The notes under the pieces were generated by a model. It did no database searches. It was given only the letters and a program-made list of their open reading frames with translations, and was not told where the DNA came from. A stretch of 51,491 nucleotides of DNA, the filler included, from Sphacelaria rigidula (Eukaryota): NCBI GenBank assembly GCA_964200075.2. It is 2 parts of 2 records of this genome, joined end to end, with 100 filler letters (N's around TTAATTAATTAA, not from the genome) between each part and the next. Parts side by side here need not be neighbours in the genome. Positions count along the whole stretch, not along the records: positions 1 to 25,724 come from CAXNAA020000157.1; positions 25,825 to 51,491 come from CAXNAA020000158.1. One strand, given 5' to 3'. A program made the position numbers and the translations under genes. Positions 25,331 through 38,299 of this stretch are shown one piece after another (position 1 is the first letter of the stretch; each line of letters opens with the position of its first letter).

Positions 25331-25724
25331 TATAGGTGTATTGTTGTTGCTCGACCATTTATGTTTGGCCCTTTTCGTTACATACTGTGGGTCCGATTCT
25401 ATTTCCTGATTTTCCTTTTACCCTAACATCGGGTGGTAGCCCTATTAATGCACTCCGGCAACTTCTCATGAAAAACATGCTGCCGCTCGTATTTCCAGCC
25501 GCACAGGGCACCCATGCTGGAGAGTGTGGCTGTGTACACGAATAGACGAAGCCATCGTGGCTGTGTCTTGATCCTATTTTTGCTGTTGAGTCTGTCGGGA
25601 CCGCCATACTGGCCGTCCTGCCTGTATGGCATAGTGTATGGCATAGTGCGGGGAGCACATTTGTTTGCGCAGAAAATATTCCACGGTTAGGATAAATCAT
25701 CACGACTCAAAATCACCAAATTCA

Positions 25725-25824
25725 NNNNNNNNNNNNNNNNNNNNNNNNNNNNNNNNNNNNNNNNNNNNTTAATTAATTAANNNNNNNNNNNNNNNNNNNN
25801 NNNNNNNNNNNNNNNNNNNNNNNN
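25725..25824. other. Assembly gap / artificial contig linker N44-TTAATTAATTAA-N44
   Basis: Exactly 100 nt and symmetric. The central 12-mer contains stop codons in all six frames, a standard contig-concatenation spacer. Confidence 0.9.
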
Positions 25825-25890
25825 AAGGGATGCGTGGTCAATGGTCAAACGACTGAGGCAAGCAACAAATGAGTACGCCCCCCCCTCCCT
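25825..25890 (+). mobile_element. Second copy of the LINE-like 3' tail (truncated by the gap)
   Basis: aagggatgcgtggtcaatggtcaaacgactgaggcaagcaacaaatgagtacgccccccctccc differs from 16058-16121 by only about 5 changes. Confidence 0.85.
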
Positions 25891-27750
25891 CCACCCCCGA
25901 AAAACTCCAGGATTCAAAAAAGGGGCAAAGGGTCTTGGATTGTTATTTCGGGCAATCTCGGATGACGTTCAAATCCCATTCAAAGCGTTGAGCGATTCGA
26001 AAACCATTCATCTGAAATATACAGCAGCAGACTCTTCGTGAGGCGAGGAGGATGCAAACAAGCCAAAGCTGGCAGCACTAGGGGATAAGAGCACAAATGA
26101 TTCACCTCCGGACCCATGAGCACGCATGCAGTTGAATTGCAAGCCATGGTGTACTTCGTATTCTGTGATCGCGGATTACCGTTTGTTTGCTATTTTCAAT
26201 TCCAGATGTCGTGCTAGGAAACGACAAACCTGGCATATATCCGCGATATCACGTCGAGGTGTAGTGATCACGGCTACTGTACTGTGTACTGTTTCTACCT
26301 GCACTATTGTCAGGTGCAGATCCCAACCCCATTGTCATTTTGTTCGTACTCGTGTAAGCATCTTTGTAATAAACTCACTATACTGAAAATGGTATAAACA
26401 TTGCCCGTAACAGCTAATTTCAAATAAACTGGATAAAGTAAAGTCCTCATCACCAGTTCCAGTTAAACTGCCAGTACGAACTGGTCCAGTTCACAGCCCT
26501 AGTTTATAACCCTTCTTGACTCTTATTGCTAAGGAGGTCGAATGAGCAGTGATGGAGGAGGCGCCCAATCGTACGCAAGGGCCTAAGAGTCCACAAACAC
26601 TCCTTAAACCTGCGCGTCACTTACATATGTTTGACCGCAAAGATATCCACCAACAATCAGTAGTCCCACTCACCTTTGATGCCTTGCTGACCACACACAA
26701 AGGTTTATCTTCGACTCACAACACCGACAACGAACACGACCACAGTCGAAGCTTCATACGTCAGGTTACCAGTGATGTTCAACATCAAAATCGGCTAATG
26801 ATGACGGTCGGATGCGATCTGCCCGTTAATTATACATACATGTGGTCACTCGGCAACATGCTCTTCCCACTGGTCTGTCAGAACCGAGGTATTTATTCTC
26901 GTTGACAATAGTCAAGGATAATTTAATTTATGGGGCCGTAACCATGTCACAACATAGTGTATTTTTGGCGCGTTGCAACTTCGAAAAGTAAGGCCCTAGC
27001 CGAACATTGTTTCCACGCATCGACTGTGCAGAAGTTACCCTTGATGTTGTGCCACATGATTTGCGATCATTGCTCTGTGCGAAGTACTACGAGTCGCACG
27101 GCACTGTCACGCACTACACTAGCAATCTAGAGCCCTTGAAGCTGACATTTTTGCGATAAGAGGTATAAAACCAAGAAGAGAATATTCGAACACAAATCTC
27201 ATCCGAACCTGTGTGCCTAATATCAAACGGGCAGTGATGACACGAAGACTCTGGGTTAGAATATCCCCCGGTAAGAATTCCTACAGTGTCATCATCACCC
27301 CTCTCTTGCAGCCGCTCTGCTCCGAAAGCCATTCAGGGCAGTACTTCTCGACAAAAAAGGAAATACATGCATTTCGAGGGATGCCATTGTACATTCAAAC
27401 TCTTAAAACGAACTCCTGTAGTTAACAAACAACTCGTTTCGAAACACGCAAAATGTAAGTGCTGCGACCACAACTTGACATCCTCCGAGCTATGAGGATT
27501 GTCGCTTCAAGCAGTCGTAGTGCCACATTCCCACCGGCACCGACTATGTCCCATAGAGTGGTACGTTTGAACAAGACCCGGAATACTTGTGGTCTCACCA
27601 CCACGACAAGGAAGGTTACATTCCAGGAACAACTTGGGGTTGCGAACAACACCATTGGTCAACGACATCGCCCGATCCTCGGTGCCATACCCCGAAATCC
27701 ATGCAGGAAAGATGATGACTGTTCAACACTTGTCTTGGTAAGTTTTCGAA

Positions 27751-30700
27751 TCACGATCTTGGCGCGTGCGATGTCAATGCAGTCGCATCCAAACCAGCTG
27801 AACCGTCCGTCGTGGTGGTGACAAGCTCCACGTACCCCCGCGCCACCATGTCTTTGCAGGCCTCTGCAGCGTAATGTTGCAACTCGGTGACCAACTCCAG
27901 TGTAGAAAATATCAACGAAGCCGCCGCGATGGACGGGGCGCCATCCCAAGTATCTGACACTACGGACAGAGCGAGAAAGAGTGTGTCCACAACCACCGTC
28001 TCCCCCACTGCCCGAAGCATGACCACCGACCTACGAGTGGACCTACTGCCCCCGGGGAGATGATGTCCGTGCGGGTAGAAAAACACAGCGCGGCCTAGAT
28101 AACTGTACGGGTGGTGGTGCACGATCCTGTCGATCAACGAAAGACCAAGACCCCTTGCCTCGACAACATCCATGCGAGTATTTCCCGCCATACCCCAGAA
28201 AGACATCAGTGTACTTGCCTTTGAACGCGATCCTATTATGGCCCACATAGCGCTGTCCAGGACCGGCCATCTTAGGGCGGATGGTCTCGTTGCCCACACC
28301 TCCACGTTGCCATCTATACGTGAAAAGTACTTTTGAAGGGAAACCTTCCGTCCCCCATTCAAAATTGTCAGCACCGGCTGAAACAGTTCAGCACGAGTTT
28401 CGTCTGTGCCGAACAGAGCGAATGGCACCCATCATAGGAGCAGTAAGCAGGTGACCAAAAGAAGAAGTGCTCGTTCAATATCTGCAAGCACAAGGGCGAC
28501 GCAGCACCCCCACCACAGTCCACCTCGGTCTCCGACCGTCGAGCAGAGAAGCAGAACGTCAGTGACATCGTCGAGAATGGGTACAAGGAAGTGCCACAGA
28601 GCCGTTAGAGCGTCCACCGCGACAATAGCGTACGGCTTCATGTCCCCACCAGCTGTATATAGTAAGCGGCAAAGCAAAAACATTTGTTTGTGTCAGCATG
28701 ATATTGTAGTGAGATGCGTTGCAGAAAACGGTAAGACTCGCAGCACTGCACGATGTATAATCCTAACGACCAGCTTGCAGCCGGCGTACCTCGCAGCTTC
28801 TCCTGCCATCGAGCTAACGCAGCTCCAGTGAGTTGTTGCCTCGGAGCACCTGGAATGCAAATCGCGAACGAGGGGAGAGAATCATTCTTACGTAGGCGCG
28901 GACATCTGCCCAAAGCACGGATCATGTGATTGACCGGGCATTCAAATGAACTCATTCCAAATGATGAATGAAGGGCTATTCAACTCAACATGAAAACGCG
29001 GCAACTCACCACTCACTCCGGTGTCGACTAGGTCGCAGACTCTCAGGTGAATTAGATGGCCCAGCTCCACCGGGATTTCTCCTGCAGCAATACCGTTTGC
29101 GTAAGTGTGATCACTCCCGACGTTCAAATTACGAGATTCTCAATACGTGAAAACTCTCGACACGTGGAAGGTTTGGCCGTGCTGACTGGTACTCACTCAC
29201 AGAAAATATGAGAACGGAATTTTCAGCCGCCGCGCGTTCTGCAGGGGATGACTCGACACGTAGGCTTGGGGGAAGGCTGCTTCTACTCTTGGCCATCTAT
29301 TGGACTTTCATACAGGCTAACCAAAATACACCCTAAAATCCCAACCCCAACCTTAGGCCCCATCCCAACGAAGGAATACTGTGGACCTGAGCAAATAGCC
29401 CCCCCCCATACACAGTTACCAACGCAAAAACACGTTGCGGTAGGATGAGTGCCGCGCCGTGACATGACAATGCCCGCTGCATACCCAGGAACCAATTTGG
29501 ATGATCATCAGCTGAAAGCCAACTGATAATCCAGCGGCGCTTGAGGTGGTAAACCATACGGGCCCGGCGACTGGCTGAAGAAGTCACCAAGGTCTTTGGT
29601 TCACGGAGAAACCACTACACCGAGTGAGCCACGGTCTTAGCAATAGTAGGGCGGACAGGGGGGCTGCGCAGCAGCTACATACGCATAAGCTCCCCACAAC
29701 ATTGCTGGGGCGGAATCGCGAATGCGTTCACTTTCCCAGTCCTAACCCGCGTTCACACATTACGTTAACTGATGTTCATTGACCTCTCTATGATCTCCCC
29801 GGTAGAAATTTGCGTCACTGTATACATGCGTCCAACTCGTGGCAGGAAGCCCGCGCTCACCGCTCTGATATAATCTGGCGGTAATCCTGGGCAAACATGA
29901 CATATATATTCAGCCCGTTTCATCGCCAAGCCGGGGGCACTTGGGGGTATAGAAGTCGTCGGATGTTACTAGCAGTCGACAGCCCTGCTCGTACTGGCTA
30001 GAGCTGGTAGGGCTGGGCATCACAAGGTACGGAGCGTTGACGCCGCAAATGACGACCCACGACGAGGGTTGCACTCACCAGTGAGTTTGTTCCTTAATAG
30101 AGACAACACCTCAAGAGAAGTCAGTCTTCCCAGTTCACGCGGGATTGAACCTGCAGAGATTTAAGGGATACAGTGCGGTGCCAGCAACCACAAGTCGGAA
30201 GAGAGATGATCGACCTTTCATGAATAATGTGAACAACAGCAAATAACGAGCAGCGCCATTACCGCACGCAGGACAGCGTTTGATGGCAAACTAGACCAAT
30301 GTGAGGGAACAACTGCTGGCCCCATTTTGGTACTACTCGACCCGGAGAAACAGAATTTTCTACAGGTACGCTGTGCTTACCCATGTTATGATTACATGAC
30401 TTTTGACTCTTCTGTAGGACGTACCAATAGTGATGTACAACGTAGAAAAACTCTCAGCTCGGATACATGAATAACTGTCGATCGGGTCTCAACAATGCTA
30501 CTACTTTGCTTGAGTAGAGGCATCCGCTTCACGTCATGACGTCTCAATGGGCGTTCACTCACCGGACAGTTCATTGCCACCTAGCCATAGTGTGTTGAGA
30601 GCGGAGAGATTACTCAGCTCACAAGGAATGAGACCTGCGCCGCAGCAACACGAAGATAGAGGCCAAGTATCCCATTTTTTATAACATACGACCGTTCCGC

Positions 30701-33700
30701 AAATGAGTACGTTGCGGCTGATGAGACACGTCCCAGCTCTGATAGGGGCAGTCAAGCGATCAATCACACGACGCAAGACACAGTCCGTTTTCCCTGCAAC
30801 ACAAGTGTTCAATGCAGGGTAATGAGACGTATGGATCGAACACACAAACTACTCATCAGTCATACTGCACATCCACTACAGAACGTGAACCTTGCCCAGT
30901 GTTTTGTTCGCTGAGGTAGGTCTCTTTAAATGCGTGTGAGTCAACGTAGTAATAGCCACATGAATGGGTACGGTGATTCGCAAGCCGTAAAATCGCAAAA
31001 TCTGACTACACGCGAAACGAACGTGCTCAAGGGGTATGTGCTCACGATACCGGCGTACCGCTCAGCTTGTTCCGACTGATGTGCATGATCTTCAGGCTTG
31101 TGAGATTTCCGAGCTCGGCGGGTAGCTCACCTGCATAAACAGCATACGCAGAGAGGGGGCGACACCAGCTATACTATCCACACTTGTTTTCAGTAGCATC
31201 GTATCGGGCACGAACAATCTGTGGATATTGCAACACGCCCCGTCGGATGCTTCTATTCCACTGTCAGCGTGTATTCTATCTCGTATTGTAGAGGATCGAC
31301 TACTCTTCACATAGAGCGATACTTTTTGTTACATCACATGTAATCGATTGTATCGCTCATGGTCAACTCGAATACACGTTTCGAACGAGTGTCAGTCACA
31401 AACTAAAGCCTTTTCAAATACGCTGGGTGCTTCGAAACACCATGCGTGTGTGTTTAAGAAGGAACATGAATCACCCGTGATATGATTTCGCGCGAGATAC
31501 AGCAGCTCGAGGGCAGCCAGTTTCCCCAGCTGACGCGGTATGGAACCTGCCAAAACGAGCATGGGGGCAAGCACAGGTTGAGAATGTGAGCCCCACGTGA
31601 TTCTCGAGTTCTCTTGGACCGTTCCAGTTCTTCCCGAACGTCTGTCCATTCACTCAATCAACCGGTAGAGAAAATCGTGGGAGACAGTTGTGGTTGTGTA
31701 GAACTGTCGTACCCGGTATCGGCAGGAACAATCACACGGACGATTGGAGGGGAATCCAATATTTCTCAAAGCTGAAATACTGGTTTACAAGTACACCTGA
31801 CTAGAAAACGAAATATAACGTCAGTAACAAGTGTACTACGCACACAGAGGGGGTTCTAGATGGCTCACATGATATTTGTTTGGGGGATGCAATGGACCTC
31901 ACTTGATCAACGACATGTCAAGACGACAAACAAAACAAGCTATCGCATGACAGACAGCAGTGGAATTATCAAACCGTCACGGCCCTTGGACCCTCGATGC
32001 ATACTACCAGTGACGGGATGATTTTGGAGAGTTCACCATAAGTACACTTGACCTACCGCTCAGTTTGTTCTCATGAAGATCCAGTATCTTGAGAGCCGCG
32101 AGATTCCCCAGCTCGTTCGGAATGGAACCTGCGTTGAAATAGCATGCATCTCAGGGAATATACTATTATGAGACACTCATCGACAGCACTGCGTCATGAA
32201 TAAACGTTCATAACCCAGGATACCACGAGTCGACGTCGATCAAATTGGATTACAGTTAGATACGCACTCTTATCCTGTAGCATTGGAGCTTCCACTCTCG
32301 ACTCAACCACTCCGTCTCAGACTGTTTTTCCTCGTTGCGAAATATACACCCGTGAACGCACAAGAATCCTTGTCCGCCGCGCACCTCGGGCCTCTTCTTT
32401 CGCTGCAATATGGCCCTGTTTGCGTCGTGATCGACATCAAAAACGCACAAAAAAACCGCTCTCACCGACAAGTTCATTCTCTCCGAGCCCTAGAACCTCA
32501 AGGGTGGTCAATGTACCCAACAGAGAAGGAATTGAACCTGTCACATGTGGAACGGGGGATGGATAAAGCTGCTGCTCAGGGGACTTGAGAAGCAGACGAA
32601 AAACATTATATCCGACGTAATGCACCAATCGGGAATTTGCCCCCTGAACCTTGACTTCGGATATAATCAAGTTATTCAACGAAGCAAAATATCTTGGGTG
32701 GGGATAAGTTGACCTTCGCACCCGGTACCGGCGGCCACATCAAACACGCCAGCGACAACGGAGCGTGAGCAACCAATCCAGAGCCTACTCGTTTGCAAGC
32801 TGTTCTTGACATCGTCAACAAGAGCACTGATAACACAGTAGTAGCGTTCTTTAGCATCTAACCAAATCCGAGGTGGCCACCATGATGCATATCCAACATG
32901 CAGGAACCCACTGCTTCATCGTAAGAAAGATAAGTGGGGTAACGCCGAAAGTGATTCAAATACCACCCCATCCCGTGGGCGTGAAGAGCTACCCTGTTGT
33001 TCTGCGATTTCAGAAACTCTCGAAAGATTAGAGTATTCGAATAATAATGCCTGCCGCTATTAAGAACACGTAGATGAGATACTCAGATGAGATACTCAGC
33101 GTTAGTTTCATAATCAATGGGCTACTAGAAAACAGATCCATATGAAGATTGCACGCTGATGATTGTTTACGTGATGGCAGACACCAAACATCAGCATCTT
33201 CATGATGAGGGCATAAGGCCTTGGCCAGATGTCATGAATCGTAATGGTGCGCCGCTTCTGCACACGTCAAGTCGGCACTAGTGACAACTTCTGCGAGAGG
33301 CATGAACGCACCGCTCAACTTATTCCGATTGAGCTCCAGCCTCTTGAGAGTGGTGAGTCTCGCGAACTCGTCCGGGATGGCACCTGAATAACACGACCAA
33401 GGACCTTGTTGAGCATCATGACCACCACCATGCGCACCGACGAAACAAAAAGTGCCTTCATATTCGAGCAAACGTAAAACGCTCACCAGTGAGTTCGTTG
33501 CTCCAGAGAAGAAGCACCTCGAGGGCTGTCAGCAGCCCTAGATCAGACGGGATAGGACCTGCTCCGGGTAAAGGAAACGGTGCGGCAATCCCGGAATCTC
33601 CATGAGAGTACCTCTTCGAGGCCGATGGGGCTATATACCGCAGATGCTACCTACATAACAAGGGTCACTTCCCTGGCAACGTGTTGGCGACGAGTCGAGT

Positions 33701-33846
33701 ACAGCAAGCCAGCAAACGTCGGCAGCCTCACGGTTTCAGCCGGTGCCAAGAATCAAGCACAGATCTCTGCTCACCGGATAGCTTGTTTCCATTCAGATTA
33801 AGCACCTTCAGGAAACGTAGCTTACTGAGGTCTCGCGGAATCTGAC
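27751..33846 (-). CDS. Leucine-rich-repeat protein with C-terminal multi-pass membrane domain; 5'-partial; one in-frame TGA (possible pseudogene allele)
   Basis: Ten 72-nt phase-1 exons each encode one 24-aa GxIPxxLGxLxxLxxLxLxxNxLS/T repeat: 33846-33775, 33558-33487, 33383-33312, 32537-32466, 32128-32057, 31546-31475, 31130-31059, 30634-30563, 30150-30079, 29081-29010. They are followed by 28849-28790 (60 nt) and a terminal exon 28652-27751 with several hydrophobic segments. The TGA at 28434-28432 lies in frame (LLLL*WVPF). Confidence 0.85.
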
Positions 33847-36119
33847 CTGCAGCAAGTGGTCGGAGCAACAGTGATGGACAATAATATTATTACCACCGCT
33901 GGCACCTGGCCTGCAGCAGGCACAAAAATCACGTACGTTTGGGGACAACACTTCGATCGAATACTTTGGCACCAATTGAACACTACTCGAGGCACATACG
34001 TTACAGGAAAGGTTTGGTTAAGGTCTTTGCTACAGTCGAAATTGTCCATGTTTCGGGAGTGTTGCTTATGCGAGTCGTCGCTACCGCGCCAAGTATGCTA
34101 CCTGACAGCGACGAGCGAACGCTGTCGCGTTAGCTGCTGGCATTTTTGAGATTGAGAGGAGCATGCACCAACTGCTACACAAATGCACAAAGATCCGAAA
34201 CATGTGCTACAGCCTGGGAGAATACGTGTCACTTGCTGGCCACTTGAACCTCTCCCGGGCTAAAAGTCCCCGTTTGTGACTATCAAAATATACTCATGTT
34301 ATTTGTTAGGGCGGATATCGGCTGTATATGTAGTAGGTGTTTCGAAGTACGCGTGGCATTTGCATTAGGTTTTATTCCATTCGCATATTGGTGTTGTGCT
34401 CCAATTTGGCGTCCTCCGCCCCGACCCCTGGCTCCTCACAACTTTGAGCTACCCAGTCACTGTCGTTTAGCTACTCGGTTGCAACACCTAATAACAAAGC
34501 TATCAGCCAACTCCTTTGAGACATCTCGCTTGCAAGCAAGTCAAGAGCACTTCTCTGCACGCTAAAGTGAGTCTGTGTTCTGTATGATGCGGTGCCGGTT
34601 CGGCTCAACGGTTCGGACTCAATGGTGTGTAAGCCACGAGCTGGAGTGTTGCCGCACTCGACTGCAGTTATTTATTTCGGTCGGGCGCTTGTTTAGGGCA
34701 ACCCCCGACCTGGTGTGTTCCTTGATAGTGATGCCCGCATCACCTCGTGACCCGACTACCACATGGTGCCCAACCAAGAAGATAAGCAATACTGCATAGT
34801 CGCATCGCTGTAGGGCTGCACTGTTTTGCATATTGTCTGCATACTGTGAAGCGAAACGCTCAGGCTTTCTGTTCGGCTTGAGGCAGCCAGACAACCGATT
34901 GCGCGTTTTTTCTTTCTGTCCCCAACAAATGTTTCGCGCACCGGCTAGCTTCTCGAAGACACCATCGGCTGAGCGAATCGGAGCTGTGACACGCAGCTTT
35001 ATCGTATGCTTGATACTTGCCGTGCCAACCCGGCACCATGGGTAAATCCCATCGTTCACCCTTCTACACGACCCTGTGCGTGCACGGCTTGGTACCCCAC
35101 GCACACCCTTGCTAAAACAGAACGTTGCAGACAGCATGTGTCCGTACACGCGATATCACAGGGAAAACAAGCGAACTCTAGAAAAAATCCTGTTCATACA
35201 ACGTGTTACAGGGCACATACTCCCATCCCCTTCAGAGAAGTTACGGCGGGCGCGTTGTGGTTAACATGTTTTGTAGTCTGGAGGTAAGTGCTGTTGAGCC
35301 ACTTTAGACTCTAGAGAGTGAAGTATCCCGAGACGAAAACCCTCGTACGTGCGTGCGCAGAGTACACATAGCTAGCGGTTGGGTGTAGAGTCCATCTGGA
35401 GATATGTGTATATAGGCTGCTGACTACTTGTGAAACGTCAGGTATTGCGAGACCGTACTCCGCGTGCAATCTTGATGGTTCAGATGTCTCCTTTATGTCG
35501 AACTCCTGTTAGCTCTGGTGCCCTGTCTACGCATGTTAGCCGCCGTACGTAGTCCCACGGTGTTTGTCCTGTATTGTGTGCGGTGGCAGCGTGTTTGCGC
35601 TGTCTGCAACTTGGTACAGACGAACACTGAGCACACGTGCAGGACTGCCCGAGAGCTTGTTTGGGTCATTCTTCGCGTGTCCAACTGCCATGGCCGCCGA
35701 CAATGAAGCATCTGTGCCGTTGTCAACTTGGGGGGCGAAAATGTTCTACGCCCCACGATGACGACAGCCCAAGTATGATTTGATTGATGTGTGGCACTAT
35801 GAAAAGTCATTTGCGTGAGTCGAGTAGTCTTGTATTCGCCTCCGCTACTCATCACGACATGTCGCCACAACGCGTGCACCTTCCCATCCGCCTAAGTTTT
35901 GACACGTCCCATCTACTCGACAAGCGGTATGTTCACTCCACTTCATGGGGCAAACTATCGTCACTTCACATCATGGGGCGAACAACATTTCGCCACGACA
36001 CTCCGAGGGCCTCGTGGCTTCTCCACATCGGCAAACTTCGGGCAACTAGTGCGGTTGCTCGGCAGCAGTAGATATACCGAATGTATAAGATATTATATGC
36101 CGGGCTCACGCCTTCATCA

Positions 36120-37200
36120 TTTTGTTTCGTCTACCTTTCAACTACTGTAGCGTTCCGCTGGGTTTGATGTCTCCCTTCACAGTGGCCTATATTAATTTTG
36201 TATTCATTTATTTCATATCCACATATTTATTCATGTGGGGTTTAGGAATTATTTCATGTTTTCATTTCTTTTGCACAACGATTATCATTTCACTATTCGT
36301 TAGGACATTTGATCTTTGACGCCATGTTACGTTTTCCAGCTTTTTTTTCCCTTCCCCACCTACTCTTGCTTGCAGTTCATCATTACTATTTTTGCTTTTC
36401 CGCTGCTACACTGTTGCACCGATGTCTTCTATCCCATTATTCCTCGCTTTGCTACAGTACTTCTATAGCAGCGCCTTCGTTGCTGTCCATGAACATCAGA
36501 CGAGTTCACACTAAAACTACGCCCCTCCCATTCGCGCCTGCCGCTTTCATCATTTGATTATGCTTGCCCCGAACGCACCTGCGCAATGCCAGGACCCATT
36601 CGTGGTCGTTGTTGCCGCATCGTACCTCACCAATGATCGAGAGCTTCTCCCCTTGTTTGTTTTTTCTGTGCATGTTTTCCTCTTCCGCTTCCTCTGTCTT
36701 CTGTTTTTTCATACAATCATTAGTCGCCTCTTTCGCCACTGTAATATTCTTATTTGTAGCCTTTTCTGAATGTTTTCTCCTCTTCCGCTTGCCCTCAGTT
36801 TTATGTTCATTTTCTCATTGTCTTCAACGTTCCTATTCCGCTACTATTCAATTTTTTGTTACTTTCTCCACACGTTTTTTCCTCTCCCGCTGATATTTTC
36901 TTGCTGTCAATTTCTTCCGATGTATTCACGTCTTTTCCCCTCTTTCGCCATTACACTGTTTTATACTAGTGACCCCTTTCCCTTATCGTCTGCGTTTAGC
37001 AGTGGTATCCCACTATGCATATTTCACGTCAATTTCTCTTTCCACTGGCTCACATACTGGTATTGTTTCTCTTCTGTTCCCCTGTCTACCGTATGGTACC
37101 CCTTGATTTTCTGCCGTTTCTTTCCTCTCGCTGTCCACATTTTATACTCCTATCCTCTCCACTTCCCGCGGTAATTTCAGTCTACAACCATCTTCGCTAT
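36120..37200. repeat. Pyrimidine-rich low-complexity region
   Basis: About 1 kb strongly T/C-biased on the + strand. The ORFs here are Phe/Leu/Ser-rich compositional artefacts. Confidence 0.6.
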
Positions 37201-38299
37201 TTAAATTGCTACCGTCATGCTGCGAGCGTATAGCTCGTCCATCCATGGTGTTATTTTGGCGACAATTTTGCGAGCGACCTTGCCTGATGCATGAAAGTAC
37301 ATCCCAGATACACCTATCTTGAGAAACCTACGATGGCAGACTTCAGGGACGATCGCTAAGCGCAACGAAAGCCAACTCGGAGTAACGGGAGAGATCGGGC
37401 ATCGACAGCGGCTCCACCAATCGCGGCCGACGGAGATTTTGCTAGACATCGGAGAAGGTGATGTGACCAGATGTCGGTAATGTTGTGGCGGAAGGTTAAT
37501 ATGTGAGACGGTACTCTTTTAACCTTGGCGCGTCAGGCGTTTTTGCGCTACCATCCCTGCTCAGAGTACGTTTTCCCGATGCACGTAGTAGGATCCGTGA
37601 TCGTACCCCTGCCTCTGACATCCCGACTCACGGGTCCGTAACATGCCCCGAGAGTAGCGGAGGTCGACTCAAACACATCTAGGGTAGATTCCTGTCACAC
37701 CTCCCTCCGCGTGCAGCACGTTCCAATAGTGTTGCTCGACTCACTCGCCTCCAAGGTAGATGCGGCGGAGAGACGGGAGCTTGTGGACATCCTGCTGGGC
37801 TTTCTCGACACTGGACTGATCTCCACGGACCCGAAGCACGGAACCGAAGCAAGTTCTGGTCACCATCAATGGGGAGCTAGAACTACCCTCGTTCACGAGT
37901 ACTGCACACTATTCGCAGCAAATCGACGCCACTTTTTTGCTGAAAAGCGTCACGTACCTCCCCAAGCGGTAGACCTGAGATCGCCCGCACAGCACCGATC
38001 GAGGTTCCGTAACAGGTGTCAGTCCTGGTCATTCCGCACAGTCAGCAAACGAACGAAGGTAGGCAAAGTGCTCTCCGCAGAGGGGGAGACGCCTAGTTCA
38101 TCTGCAGACCTCTACCTGGGGACATAGTGGCGAATGATCGTGCTCTGCAGACCCTCACTAACGCATCCAATCCGAGCGCCAGCAAGGAGACCCTTTTCTG
38201 GAACAGGTGTGATCGGAGCTGAGGGAAAAGCGACTGCCGAAACGGTAGATGAGAGGTGATCTGAGTACAAAATAGAAGCGATAACTAGGGGTCGATGAG

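Noticed and set aside
25769-25780. TTAATTAATTAA island as a biological motif
   Set aside because: It is centred in exactly 44+44 Ns and is a known six-frame-stop assembly spacer.
27233-27297. Hairpin in the LRR gene 3' region with ATGA-N12-AA on the minus strand, as a SECIS candidate
   Set aside because: The 3' arm pairs Watson-Crick (GTGTCATCAC) and lacks the GA needed for the non-canonical quartet, so it does not fit a SECIS core.
20341-33846. eEFSec and the TGA-containing gene as a selenium gene cluster
   Set aside because: They are separated by an artificial contig linker, so adjacency is unproven, and eukaryotic Sec machinery is not normally clustered with its targets.
36122-37233. Hydrophobic ORFs resembling membrane proteins
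   Set aside because: They result from T/C-rich low-complexity DNA and show no splice or motif support.
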